Source: Leptospirillum sp.
Lineage (GTDB): Bacteria; Nitrospirota; Leptospirillia; Leptospirillales; Leptospirillaceae
Assembly (NCBI GenBank): GCA_037442005.1
Contig: JBBIRA010000001.1
Coordinates: forward strand, 9,454 to 73,453
Direction of reading: 5' to 3'
DNA: 64,000 bases
The notes under the pieces were generated by a model, which saw only the letters and a list, made by a program, of their open reading frames with translations, did not search any database and had not been told where the DNA came from. The translations under genes were made by a program, and so were the position numbers. Position 1 is the stretch's first letter. Every line of letters begins with the position of its first letter. Shown here one piece after another: positions 38,431 through 48,785 of the stretch.

Positions 38431-38883
38431 TTACGGGGGAGTTGTTGTCAACACCCTGACCAATGCCAGGCAGGCCAGATGATAGCCGTAGATTCCGAAT
38501 CCGGAGATGGATCCGATGGCGATATCAGCAAGCAGGTTTTTCTGTCGGAACGCTTCCCGACGGGCCACATTCGATACATGGATCTCCACAACCGGAAGGC
38601 CTACGGATAAAAAAGCGTCCCGGATGGCAACGCTTGTATGGGTGAATCCCCCAAGATTGGCGATAAATCCCTGAATGCCTGATTCTTTTGCCTGCTGAAT
38701 CCGGTCAATCAGTGCTCCCTCATGGTTGGATTGAAAAAACGTAATGCCGGATCCCAGTGAACGGGCAAGGGGTTCAAGATCGGCCTCCATATCCTTTAGC
38801 GTTTCATGGCCGTAAACAGAAGGCTCCCTTTTCCCCAGCATGTTCAGGTTGGGACCGTTGAGGACAAGAATGTTTCTTGTCAT
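38431..38883 (-). CDS. aroQ: Type II 3-dehydroquinate dehydratase
   Basis: 'LNGPNLNMLGKREP..YG', 'QSNHEG', 'THTSVAIRDA', 'EIHVSN..RE.FR'. Confidence 0.95.
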   Translation of the reverse strand: MTRNILVLNGPNLNMLGKREPSVYGHETLKDMEADLEPLARSLGSGITFFQSNHEGALIDRIQQAKESGIQGFIANLGGFTHTSVAIRDAFLSVGLPVVEIHVSNVARREAFRQKNLLADIAIGSISGFGIYGYHLACLALVRVLTTTPP

Positions 38884-38884
38884 T

Positions 38885-40267
38885 TCAACCGTTCTTGCCG
38901 GAGTGATTTTCCAGCTCCTGGGCGATAATGTAGCGGCATCGACCGACGTTGGCGTTTTGCCGAAGCCAGATGAAGAGGGCCCCCTTTGAGGCAAAATCAT
39001 GGAAGTACAGGATGGCTTCTTCCATCCAGATAAAGCCATCCTGCACGTGTCCCTTACCAAGGGAGGCTCCCAGTTCTCCGATCTGTCTTAAAAACTCGAC
39101 GCCTTCCCCGGCGAAAATCTCGTTGTGTTCGTCTGATCCTGTGCTGTCTGTTCCGGTAATGGCCAGGCCATCCGGACTCGCCCAGATCACATCAAGCACA
39201 TCCCGATGCAATCTCAAGCGGATACGGTCGACGAGCGACTCCGGGTCTTCAAACTCTCCGGAGTAAAAAGCCTGTTCCGGAGCTGGTGGCCGGAATGGAC
39301 TCTCTTTTTTCGGGAGGTCCGGTGGAGCGCTGACGGGGAGAGGTTGCGGGGGGGGGGGCGGGCTGGAAAGAAGCGGTTATTCTAAAAGGATCGGTTCCGG
39401 TGTGGAGAAATCTTCCAGAACGGGCTCCTTTTCTTCCCCGGCCACATCTTCTTCAATCAGGTGTTCCGGCTCTGCGGCCTCAACCAGGGTGGAGAGGGGA
39501 AGGTGTGCTTTGGCCAACGCAAGCTTTTGTTTGACCTTGATGTTTTGGGGATTGGCCTGAAGAACTTCCGTGTAAATATGCTCTGCCTGGGGATAACGCT
39601 TTTGTTCCATGAAGAGATCGCCCATTGTCTCCGTTTTCGGGAGCAGGTCGAGCATATCTGTATCGTTGTCATTGGTTACTTCAGTACTGGCAGTCGGGCT
39701 GACTTCCTCCACGGAAGGATTCTCTTCATCGATCGCGGCCTCTTCCCTGATTTCAAGAGGTTGTGGCACGGAGGGGGTTTTTTCTTCTGCCAGCGGTTTC
39801 TCTTCCGGCTCAGGGGGAGAAACCATGGAATCATCACTGGCGAGCCCCCGTGTGACGGCGGACTGTTCCGACTGACTGATCGTTTCTTCAATCGTCAGAA
39901 CTTCAGGATCATCGGGAGAGAGTGATAAAGCAATTTTAACAGCTTCTTTTGCCTTTTCCAGTTCCTGATTCCTGAGGTAAAGGAGGGCGAGACTTTTTTG
40001 GGCGATGAGATTGTCGGGGATTGTTCTTGAAACAAATTCAAAATTTGCAATTGCTTCAGAAATTTGACCTTTTTCCATTTGAACCTGGCCAAGGGTGATT
40101 CTGGCGGCCAGATAGTATGGGTAAAACTCAACGCCTTTTGTAAGGAGTTCCTGTGCCTTATCCTTTTCTCCATGCTCAATGTAGGCCTCCGCAAGCTGAA
40201 GGAAGGACCGGCTTTTGGGATTGGCCTTAATGCGCTCCTCAAGTGCGGAAATTTCTTCAGGTGTCAT
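38885..40267 (-). pseudogene. TPR-linker-roadblock/LC7 gene interrupted by one in-frame TAA at 39377-39379
   Basis: TPR ORF 39377-40267 and roadblock-like ORF 38885-39217 share a frame; the 53 codons between them are open and Pro-rich. Confidence 0.7.
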
Positions 40268-40442
40268 GCGCCTCTCATCCGATTAGCTTGATTGAGCTGG
40301 TTGATGGACCGGTTGGTGGCAAGGAATGCTCAATTGATGAAAACCGTCCGATTGTCCGTCATCTATGATGGGCATCCTATCAATCCACTCTCTTTTTGGC
40401 AAGGAAGACCTGTTTATGTTGCTTGTCCCGAAAGCCATATGA

Positions 40443-40479
40443 TCCCTCATCGGAGCCAGGATGGAGCTCCGATGAGGGA
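40443..40479. repeat. 14-bp perfect inverted repeat downstream of coaBC
   Basis: TCCCTCATCGGAGC-caggatgga-GCTCCGATGAGGGA; no U-tract. Confidence 0.8.
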
Positions 40480-40511
40480 CACCTCATGAAGGAGTCTCTT
40501 TATTTAACCGG

Positions 40512-41771
40512 TCAGGAGGAGCGTTTCTCCAGCCTGTACTTGATGATCCGATCAATGATCCAGTCTGAAAGTTCTTTTTTCGTTCCTTCCCTGTGTTCTG
40601 TTTCTCTTCCGTCCTGATCAATCAGATCAATTTTGTTCATTTCAGAGCCGAATCCAAACCCTGGTTCCGAAATATTATTGGAAGCAAGCATGTCCACTCC
40701 CTTGCGGTGGAGCTTTTCCCTGAGATCTTTTTCATGAAGAGCGGACTCAGCGGCAAATCCCACCAGTGTTTGTCCCGGTTTCCTCTGTCGGGACAGCGTG
40801 GCGAGAATATCCGGATTTTCAGTCAACTGAAGGGACCAGGGGAGTCCATCCTTTTTCTTTTTCTCCTTGGAAAAGGTTCCATGAACAGCATAGTCAGAGA
40901 CCGCCGCGGCCATGATCAGAATATCGGATGCCGGAAAGTGGTGGTCCAGGGCTTCTTTCATCTCGCGGGCTGTTTCGACAGGAAAAAGAGCGATTCCCGG
41001 CGGTGGCGGGAGTGCAACCGGACCGGAAACAAGGAGAACTTTTGCCCCGCGATCTCTCGCTGTTTCAGCAAGGGCATACCCCATTTTCCCCGAAGACCTG
41101 TTGCCGATAAATCGGACCGGGTCAATGGGTTCATAGGTTGGACCGGCAGAAATCAGTACTGTCAGTCCCGTAAGGTCATTCTTTTGGGGATCAATGGAGG
41201 AAGAGAAGCTCTCCAGACTTAAGAGGATGGTCTCCGGTGAGGCCATCCGGCCGGTTCCGGATCGTCCAGAGGCCAATGGTCCATGATCCGGGGGGATCTC
41301 GATTGCCTTCCGGTTCACAAGTGTCATCAGGTGGCCCTGCGTGGCCGGATGGCTGTACATTCTTTCTTCCATTGCCGGGGCAAAGAGGATCGGTGCGGGC
41401 GTGGCAAGGCAGATTGTGCTCAGAAGATCATCCGCAAGTCCCAATGCCATTTTCGCAATGAAATCAGCGGATGCCGGGGCAATGAGAACCGCTTTGGCCA
41501 GATAAGCCCATTCGATGTGGGATACCTGAGGCCCTAATCCATAAGCATTGATTGCAACCGGGTTTCCCGAAAAGACTTCAGCCGTTTCTTTCGGGAAAAA
41601 ATGAAGGGATTTTTCGGTTGCAACAACCTGCACCTCATAGCCTTTTCCCCTGAGAAGCCGGATCAGATCAAGCGAACGGTGGGCCGCAATGCTTGCCGTC
41701 ACTCCAAGGATGATCAGATTCCGGTTTCGGGGAACGCCTTTCTCTCCCTTATCCTTCAGCGTTATCGGCAT
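40512..41771 (-). CDS. coaBC: Phosphopantothenoylcysteine decarboxylase/ligase
   Basis: 'LGVTASIAA', 'APAME', 'G.GRM', 'AGPTYEPIDPVRFIGNRSSGKMG', 'AAAVSDY', 'VGFAAE'. Confidence 0.95.
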   Translation of the reverse strand: MPITLKDKGEKGVPRNRNLIILGVTASIAAHRSLDLIRLLRGKGYEVQVVATEKSLHFFPKETAEVFSGNPVAINAYGLGPQVSHIEWAYLAKAVLIAPASADFIAKMALGLADDLLSTICLATPAPILFAPAMEERMYSHPATQGHLMTLVNRKAIEIPPDHGPLASGRSGTGRMASPETILLSLESFSSSIDPQKNDLTGLTVLISAGPTYEPIDPVRFIGNRSSGKMGYALAETARDRGAKVLLVSGPVALPPPPGIALFPVETAREMKEALDHHFPASDILIMAAAVSDYAVHGTFSKEKKKKDGLPWSLQLTENPDILATLSRQRKPGQTLVGFAAESALHEKDLREKLHRKGVDMLASNNISEPGFGFGSEMNKIDLIDQDGRETEHREGTKKELSDWIIDRIIKYRLEKRSS

Positions 41772-42156
41772 CCTCTTCTTCGATTTCAACTTCAGCTTCA
41801 GCGTGCTCAGCAACGGGTTCAGCGTAAGTATGGAGTTCCGCATGAATCACATCGGAAGATTCTGTTGCATATCCACGGGAGAACGAAAAACGTTCGTCGT
41901 GACGCATTTTCTCTCTCAGCTCTTCACGACGTTTCTGTTCGATTTCCAAGGCTTTCTGCCCATAGATGATTTCAACTTTTCCAGAAAGAACCTCCTGGAT
42001 GGCATTGGTTGTCTCTTTCTTGTATTGATGGTTTGTCCGGGGTTTGGCCCCTTCCATCAACTGCCGGGTTCTTTTGGCTGCGGCGATGACAAGCCGGTAA
42101 CGGCTGTCAATGATATCGGGTGAAACGTCAATCGGTTTGGTGATGAGTTCGTTCAT
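41749..42156 (-). CDS. rpoZ: RNA polymerase omega subunit with acidic C-terminal extension
   Basis: 'DSRYRLVIAAAKRTRQL', 'AIQE'; between gmk and coaBC. Confidence 0.9.
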   Translation of the reverse strand: MNELITKPIDVSPDIIDSRYRLVIAAAKRTRQLMEGAKPRTNHQYKKETTNAIQEVLSGKVEIIYGQKALEIEQKRREELREKMRHDERFSFSRGYATESSDVIHAELHTYAEPVAEHAEAEVEIEEEDADNAEG

Positions 42157-42222
42157 TTGAGGCTCCTTTTCCGGTGTTTCTCGTGATCATGCTTCTTGGC
42201 ATGGGTCCATCGACTTTTTTGA

Positions 42223-42921
42223 TTATAGCCGATTGTCTGACGTTTGGATCAATTGGGGGATTTCTTTTTCGAACTCCGGAAGAAAATGGGAACGGACAAA
42301 ATCGGCCATTCTGTTTTTTCGATGGTGCTCACTCAGGATAATGGAATGAAGATCTTCCACTGCCTGGGCAAAATCCACATTGAAGACAAGATAGTCATAG
42401 TGCTCAAAAGCATGGACCTCCTGGCGCACTTTCTCAAGACGCTTTCTGAGGGTTTCGGGCGAGTCCTGTCCTCTCCGGGAAAGCCGCTCCTCAAGAATCT
42501 GCCGTGATGGCGGGAGAATATAGATGGAAATGCTTTCGAAATTGTCTTTCCGGATGATTTCGGCACCCTGAATATCAATGTCAACGAGGACATCCTGCCC
42601 TTGGGCAAAGGAATCAAGAATGATTTTTCGGGATGTCCCGTAAAGGTTTCCGTAGACCTCTGCGGATTCGATGAACAGGTTTTCATTCTTCATCTGGAGA
42701 AACTGCTCACGCGAAACAAAGTTGTAATCAAGTCCGTTGACCTCTCCAGGCCTTGGTGACCGGGTTGTATACGAGACTGAGTAATGAATCCGGTTTGTCC
42801 GTTTGGCGATTTCCCTGCAGAGGGATGTCTTTCCTGCGCCAGAGGGGGCTGATACGACAAAAAGCAATGGTTTGAAGACCGATTGCCCGTAGATCAGCTG
42901 ACCTAGACCGTCTGACAGCAT
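42223..42921 (-). CDS. gmk: Guanylate kinase
   Basis: 'SAPSGAGKTS', 'SYTTRSPRPGEVNG', 'GNLYGT', 'DIDIQG'. Confidence 0.95.
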   Translation of the reverse strand: MLSDGLGQLIYGQSVFKPLLFVVSAPSGAGKTSLCREIAKRTNRIHYSVSYTTRSPRPGEVNGLDYNFVSREQFLQMKNENLFIESAEVYGNLYGTSRKIILDSFAQGQDVLVDIDIQGAEIIRKDNFESISIYILPPSRQILEERLSRRGQDSPETLRKRLEKVRQEVHAFEHYDYLVFNVDFAQAVEDLHSIILSEHHRKNRMADFVRSHFLPEFEKEIPQLIQTSDNRL

Positions 42922-42978
42922 GTTCTCTCCTTTACCTGATCTCTTCATTGTCTGTTTAACGATTCCAGGAGAAGCAGA

Positions 42979-43260
42979 TCAGTCTGCGTCTCCCCCATCG
43001 GCATCTTCTTCCCGGCCATTCATGCGATTGCCCAATGTTTCCGGTTGCAGGGCCGATAAAATGATGTGGCCGCTGTCCATAATGATGACGGAACGGGTCC
43101 TGCGGCCTTCAGAGGCATCAATCAGAAGATTTTTCTCCTGAGCCGCCTCTCTCATTCTTCTGACCGGAGCTGAGTTGACACCGACAATGCTGATGATGTG
43201 TCCCATGGCAACCACGTTTCCCAGTCCGATATTTACAAATGCTTGACCTTTACTCGACAT
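42979..43260 (-). CDS. remA: DUF370/RemA family protein
   Basis: 'NIGLGNVV', 'SAPVRR', 'LIDASEGRRTRSVIIMDSGHIILSALQPETL'. Confidence 0.9.
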   Translation of the reverse strand: MSSKGQAFVNIGLGNVVAMGHIISIVGVNSAPVRRMREAAQEKNLLIDASEGRRTRSVIIMDSGHIILSALQPETLGNRMNGREEDADGGDAD

Positions 43261-44143
43261 TCTGAATCTGTTCCTTGAGTTTTGTCAGTGTTGTTCTGAT
43301 GGCCATCGCGGGTTGAAAGACCAAAGGGTGGGCTTCTTTCGTGATAAATGTCGAAATTTCCCTTTGCATCTCCTGGGCAAGAAAGTCAAGCGATCTTCCG
43401 ATCGCTCCTCCCGATTCCATATCCTGCCGGAATCGTTGAAGATGAATGTTGAACCGCTGCCATTCCTCTTCATTATCTTTTTTGGAAAGATAGAGAAGCG
43501 CCTCCTCCTCAACTTTCCGTCCAATGTCGGAAATGCCTGTATGCTGCAATAACCCTGAAATTTTGGTGATGAATGACTTTCGGGTTTCTTCGATCGCTTT
43601 GGGTCTTGTGAGGGAAATGAGTCCCAAGTACTCCTCTATTTCTCCCAGAAGCCCTTCAATGACCCTGGTGAGTGCTTCCCCCTCTTCTTCCCGTGAAGTC
43701 CTCAGGTTTTTGAGAACCTCTTCAATGGCTGACGCCGCTGTTTCGGCATCAACGGGCGGTGGCGGGATATTGCCTTCGCGGGTCATGACCGCGAGAATAT
43801 GAGTCAATGTCACGGGTTCTTTCAGACTGAGCGCTTCTTTGATGTGAGACAGTTCAATAAAAATGGAGGCGGCTTTTTCCGGAGAAACGGGTGTTGATGT
43901 CGTCATCTGCTGCGGGAGCCGTGAAACAGTCATTTCGACTCTCCCCCGTGTGAGGATGGCTCCGGCCAGCCGTCTTGCCGGGACTTCAAGGTGCTCCCAT
44001 TCTTTCGGGAAATTCAGGATAATCTCGAGGTTCTTGTGGTTCAGGGATTTTGCCGAGAGTCGATACCTGTCCAGCGGAGCCGGGGTCGATGCTTCTCCAA
44101 AGCCCGTCATGCTCAGTAATCCCTTTGAGATGGGCATCAGCAA
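43250..44143 (-). CDS. yicC: YicC/YloC endoribonuclease
   Basis: 'SMTGFG', 'KSLNHK', 'RGRV', 'GRSLDFLAQEMQRE', 'EQIQNVE'. Confidence 0.9.
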   Translation of the reverse strand: MLMPISKGLLSMTGFGEASTPAPLDRYRLSAKSLNHKNLEIILNFPKEWEHLEVPARRLAGAILTRGRVEMTVSRLPQQMTTSTPVSPEKAASIFIELSHIKEALSLKEPVTLTHILAVMTREGNIPPPPVDAETAASAIEEVLKNLRTSREEEGEALTRVIEGLLGEIEEYLGLISLTRPKAIEETRKSFITKISGLLQHTGISDIGRKVEEEALLYLSKKDNEEEWQRFNIHLQRFRQDMESGGAIGRSLDFLAQEMQREISTFITKEAHPLVFQPAMAIRTTLTKLKEQIQNVE

Positions 44144-44479
44144 TCCTTTTCCGTGATGTTTGGTGAATCTTTCAGTTCCTGGTGCGTGTTCCCGGAGACA
44201 GCTCTGGTAAAAACCTGACCGTTGATTGTCGGGTAATGCGTCTTCCGTTATGATCCACCGGTCGATACCATGGGATCATCCTGGACCGGTTTTTGATCAG
44301 GGTGCTGTTCCGGATATTTCTGACTGTGAGCCGCTCTATTCTAAAGAGTTTTCCTCGAAATGAAAAGCTGTACGGGGAGAAGTGGAGCTCACCCCAAACC
44401 GGTTTTCAGGGTAGTCAGGCCATGTTCAGGGCCGAATTCTTTTTGATCAGGCCAGTAATGGTCGATGAAGGGAGATTGA

Positions 44480-46480
44480 TTGAAATCAACAAATCGCAGA
44501 TCTCATATATCCTCCCGGGTTATTGGTCCGGGAGACCGCATGCAAAAGAAGGAAGACCTTCTGGGAGTCTGGAATCTGTTTGGGGCGATTGATACCAGGA
44601 TAAAGCCTTTTTATGGCATTTTCTGGCATGGAATGCGGTATTTGTCATTGTGGAGATGGGAATTCCCCGGTCTCCGGGTCATGGACCTTGAACCGCTCGG
44701 TTCTCCGGAGAACGGGATTGCTTTTTTCCGCCATTATATTCCTTTTTCATCCTCGTCAGGTGAGGATGCCGGCGGGGCTTTATCGATTCTGGCGGAACGC
44801 GTATTGAGAGCGGATGGCTTCAGTGAGTGCCTGAGTATTAAAAACTTCGGAAGGGCTCACCGGTCATTTCGAGTCAGACTTTCATTCGAGGCCGATTTCT
44901 CGGATATGTTTGAGGTTCGCGGATTTCAGAGCTCTATTGTCCACCCACGCCCGGTGGAAAAAAAGGGATCGGGAGATCATGTTTGCCTGTCTTATCAGGG
45001 GAAGGATGGGGTGACGCGGGAAGCGATCTTCTTCTTTTCGGGAAATCCTTCGGGAGCGATGGCACGACGGAATCAACTGGTTTGGAGTATGACCCTTTCG
45101 CCGGATGAAGAGATCCGGATTGAAACCTCTCTTTACGCCAGGGACGCTAGGGAAGGAAACGGGGAGGGGATCAGAAACCATCATCTCTTTCCGGTTCCGG
45201 AGGCTTTTTCAGATGTATTAAAAAAAACGCGCTTTGAAAATGAGGAAAAGAGAGCGGGTTGGCCGGCGATTGATTCAACGCATCCGGTTTTGCCGGCGGC
45301 CTATGAGCGGGCGATTCAAGATCTTGAAATGCTGATGACAACTTTTCCCCAGGGAAAAATTCCGTATGCAGGCTTGCCCTGGTTTTCGACCGTATTTGGT
45401 CGGGATGCCTTGATTACGGCTTACTCCCTTTTATGGGCAAAGCCTGAAATCGCACTTGGTGTCCTTACATATCTGGCATTGAAACAAGCGGATCAGGTTG
45501 ACCCGAAACATGCGGCTCAGCCCGGCAAGATTCTTCATGAAGAGCGTACCGGAGAACTTGCCGCTACCGGTGAGATTCCCTTTTCCCGGTATTACGGGTC
45601 TGTTGACGCAACCCCGTTATTTATCGTGCTGGCGTGCGAGTATCACCGTCAAACAGGTGGTGATGGCTCTCTCCACCTTCTTTGGCCATCGATTTTGAAA
45701 GCGTTGGACTGGATCGATACCTACGGCGTTGACTCCGATTCTGGCTTTCTGGTGTATCGTGCCGACCCGGAAGGGGGGCTTTCGAACCAGGGGTGGAAGG
45801 ATTCAGGGGATTCGGTGGTCCATGCCGATGGCTCTTTGGCCACCGATCCGATTGCACTTGTGGAAGTTCAGGGGTACTTGTTCTGGGCATGGAGTCTCCT
45901 CGCTCCGATTGCTGAAAAGTTTGGAGACGCTTCTCTGGGAGAGTCTCTTCGGAAAAAGTCCGAACATTTGAAGAAGAGATTGATTGAACGCTTCTGGCTT
46001 CCTGACCGGAAGATTTTTGCCATGGCCATTGACGGGAAGGGACATCCGTGTGCAGTGCTGTCTTCAAATCCGGGACATTTGCTGATTACCGGAGTATTGA
46101 CTCAGGAAATGGCTCAACTGTTGGCCGATACATTAATGGGGCCGGAGCTTTTCTCTGGCTGGGGGATCCGGACGCTTGGACGAAATGAGGTCCGTTATAA
46201 TCCTGTTTCCTATCACAACGGGTCGATCTGGCCCCACGATAACGGGCTGATCATGGCGGGATTGGCCCGTTATGGATTAACCCATCATTTGAAACGGTTG
46301 TCTGAGGGATATCTTGACGGGATCTCCCATTTCAAGGATTTCCGCATGCCTGAACTGATTTGTGGATTTGGCCGGGATGGGGACTTCGGGCCGGTTTTGT
46401 ACCCGACATCCTGCTCTCCGCAGACCTGGTCGGTTGCTTCGCTGTTCCTGATGATCAAGTCGCTAAAGATGAACGTCTGA
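44480..46480 (+). CDS. Amylo-alpha-1,6-glucosidase (glycogen debranching family)
   Basis: 'ADFSDMFEVRG', 'AGLPWFSTVFGRD', 'PGKILHE', 'YYGSVDATPLF', 'NQGWKDS', 'SYHNGSIWPHD'. Confidence 0.92.
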   Translation: MKSTNRRSHISSRVIGPGDRMQKKEDLLGVWNLFGAIDTRIKPFYGIFWHGMRYLSLWRWEFPGLRVMDLEPLGSPENGIAFFRHYIPFSSSSGEDAGGALSILAERVLRADGFSECLSIKNFGRAHRSFRVRLSFEADFSDMFEVRGFQSSIVHPRPVEKKGSGDHVCLSYQGKDGVTREAIFFFSGNPSGAMARRNQLVWSMTLSPDEEIRIETSLYARDAREGNGEGIRNHHLFPVPEAFSDVLKKTRFENEEKRAGWPAIDSTHPVLPAAYERAIQDLEMLMTTFPQGKIPYAGLPWFSTVFGRDALITAYSLLWAKPEIALGVLTYLALKQADQVDPKHAAQPGKILHEERTGELAATGEIPFSRYYGSVDATPLFIVLACEYHRQTGGDGSLHLLWPSILKALDWIDTYGVDSDSGFLVYRADPEGGLSNQGWKDSGDSVVHADGSLATDPIALVEVQGYLFWAWSLLAPIAEKFGDASLGESLRKKSEHLKKRLIERFWLPDRKIFAMAIDGKGHPCAVLSSNPGHLLITGVLTQEMAQLLADTLMGPELFSGWGIRTLGRNEVRYNPVSYHNGSIWPHDNGLIMAGLARYGLTHHLKRLSEGYLDGISHFKDFRMPELICGFGRDGDFGPVLYPTSCSPQTWSVASLFLMIKSLKMNV

Positions 46481-46599
46481 TAAAATGGGCGGAACCTCCA
46501 TCCTGATCAAGGGGAACCTCCGTTTTGGTGTGTTCTTTGATCAGTGAGGAAGAATCCGTTTGAAGTTGTTGGGGGTTTTCATTAAAGAATGAGGAAAGC

Positions 46600-46631
46600 G
46601 GGGAGGGAGAAAGGATTGCTCCTCCCTCCCC
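46600..46631. terminator. Hairpin between convergent genes
   Basis: GGGGAGGGAG ... CTCCCTCCCC 10-bp stem. Confidence 0.55.
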
Positions 46632-46684
46632 TTGATTTCTTCTGTTGCCCGATTTTTAAGTCCCTGTTCTGTCAGGTATTTCGC

Positions 46685-48760
46685 TTATGGAACAACATCA
46701 AAGAGCAGGTCCGGGGTATTGCAGTTGCTTCCTGAACAGGTAACAACGGCATTGTTGTTTCCCAGACTGATCGGGCTTGAGGTCTCTACAGAAGACAACA
46801 GCCCGGTATTGTTATAAGGGGCAACAGTAATCCCTCCAATTAATGAGTTCCCTCCTGAAGCCGGGGTTGCGATAAAAACAAAATGGTCTGTTGGGTCTAA
46901 GATCGGGAAACTGTTGCCGTTTGAATTCAATGCGGTGAGTGTGATGGAGTTTTGAGGAATGATGGTGACCAAACCGCTCGAATCCGTATATCCAAAAGCG
47001 GCTAATGCACTCGAATTCGGGTTGTATGAAAAAAATTCCTGATCAACCGGATCGATGCCTTGTTGGTTGATATTGGATGAGGCTCCATTAATGGAATACC
47101 CATCCCCTCCATTGAAAGCGGAAGCGAGGGGGGAGGAGGAAATCGTTCCGGTCGAATTATTATACTGGTAGACATAAAGAGAGAATGGATTCGGGCTTGG
47201 ACAGGAAGAGTTGTAACAGCCGGGAGTGGCAAATATCAGTCCATTAACAGCGTCGTACCCGAATGGGTAGTTGACAATGGAAATAGGAGTTGAGAATGAA
47301 TTGTTTGCACCCGTTCCGCTAGGAGAGACCGGAACATCTCCGGCAATGCTCAAAGCAGTTGAAGCGGTGCTGGGCTGGGTCCCATACCACAAGAAGAAGG
47401 AGTTTAACACTCCAGGCCCTGAAGTAATGTTCTGTGCTGTCTGAATGACAGAGGGGAAGTTATAGGCATTTGTTGGAGAAAGGCTTCCGGAAGAGTTATA
47501 GGAATAGGCCGATATATTCAAGCCTGTTGTCTGACCACTGGGTTTGCACCCAATAAAGGCGACATGAAAGAGGGCGTCAATACCACCCCCGCAGTTGCTT
47601 CCAGAAACGGATTGGGAGCTGAGAAGAGCTCCAAAACCTGTTGCTGGGGTAAAACTATACAAATTCAGAGTGGCACCGGTTGAAGTGTTTTCCAATATTG
47701 AATAAATACTGTATGAGCTGTCAAAGCCGGATCCTCCTCCACTATTCACACTGGTTCCATTCGGGATGCTGATCTGGCTTGTTGGACTGCCACTGTTGAG
47801 AATGGCCCCCGTTTGTGTGTTGTAAGGAAGTGTGGAAACTGTAATGGCTCCACCGGCTGTTGCTGTCGTTGTTGCGAGAATCAGGGATCCGGTTGTTATT
47901 GTTGTCGGAGGTGTATAGGTGCCGCTTACGGTGGTTGCAAGAGTGGCTGGACTCCCGCTGGATTGGGTGAAGTCGCTGACAATTCCGCTAAGGGTATCGG
48001 AAGTCCCTGATGTTGTTGTGGTGTTTCCATCATTAAAAACAATTGTACATGCTGAGGATGTTGAGCCTGCTGACTGGACGCAGGCTTCAACTCCGCCGGC
48101 AATGGATGTCAGGTCGGTTTGATATGTGGTAGTGAGTGTTGAACTTGCGGGGATAGTGCCTGAGGAGATGCTGAATGCTTGTTCCAGAGAATTGATCGCA
48201 GTAGTCAGTTGACTGCTTGTTCCCGAGATGTTTGTTCCTGATTGGGTGAGCCCGGCGGTTTCCAGCTCATAGGCTGAAACAACGGTGGAGAGCTCATTTA
48301 CGGTTACACTGTTGTTCGTTGTTGCACTGCCTGCAGATCCTATAAAGGACATCAGGCTGATAGCGCTATTGGTTCCGCCTCCCGCGTTTCCTCCACTTGC
48401 AATGACATACAAGAGTCCAACACCTTTTGGGGGTGTATATTTAATGCTAAAACCGCCGGAACCGTTTGTTGTTACGGGTCCTCCAAGGGAGGTTGCTTGA
48501 CCCCCGGAGCTACTGGTGACATAGATGGTAACATTGGATCCAACAATGGCGCTTGACCCCCCATTGACCGTTCCGGTAAGGGTTACAGTTCCGGCGGCAA
48601 CACCCGTGGTTCCGCCGCCGCTACCGCCTCCACTACTTCCTCCACTACAACTTGCGAATGCAATGAAGGAAGAGATGAGTATGATCTTTGCCAGGGAGTT
48701 CCTTCCATTTTTTGCTGTTTTATCGAAATGAAATTCCGATCTGTTTGCAGACCTTTCCAT
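46685..48760 (-). CDS. Ser/Thr/Gly-rich surface lipoprotein (691 aa)
   Basis: Lipobox FASC, Gly/Ser linker, beta-rich N-domain ('VNELSTV'), C-terminal repeats of 'D..' beta-blades, almost no charged residues. Confidence 0.7.
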   Translation of the reverse strand: MERSANRSEFHFDKTAKNGRNSLAKIILISSFIAFASCSGGSSGGGSGGGTTGVAAGTVTLTGTVNGGSSAIVGSNVTIYVTSSSGGQATSLGGPVTTNGSGGFSIKYTPPKGVGLLYVIASGGNAGGGTNSAISLMSFIGSAGSATTNNSVTVNELSTVVSAYELETAGLTQSGTNISGTSSQLTTAINSLEQAFSISSGTIPASSTLTTTYQTDLTSIAGGVEACVQSAGSTSSACTIVFNDGNTTTTSGTSDTLSGIVSDFTQSSGSPATLATTVSGTYTPPTTITTGSLILATTTATAGGAITVSTLPYNTQTGAILNSGSPTSQISIPNGTSVNSGGGSGFDSSYSIYSILENTSTGATLNLYSFTPATGFGALLSSQSVSGSNCGGGIDALFHVAFIGCKPSGQTTGLNISAYSYNSSGSLSPTNAYNFPSVIQTAQNITSGPGVLNSFFLWYGTQPSTASTALSIAGDVPVSPSGTGANNSFSTPISIVNYPFGYDAVNGLIFATPGCYNSSCPSPNPFSLYVYQYNNSTGTISSSPLASAFNGGDGYSINGASSNINQQGIDPVDQEFFSYNPNSSALAAFGYTDSSGLVTIIPQNSITLTALNSNGNSFPILDPTDHFVFIATPASGGNSLIGGITVAPYNNTGLLSSVETSSPISLGNNNAVVTCSGSNCNTPDLLFDVVP

Positions 48761-48785
48761 TGAAGGCTCCTTTTAAGAAATTCAG

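Noticed and set aside
42979-43260. RemA as regulator of the pel operon
   Set aside because: It sits in its usual yicC-remA-gmk-rpoZ context; nothing in the sequence links it to pel
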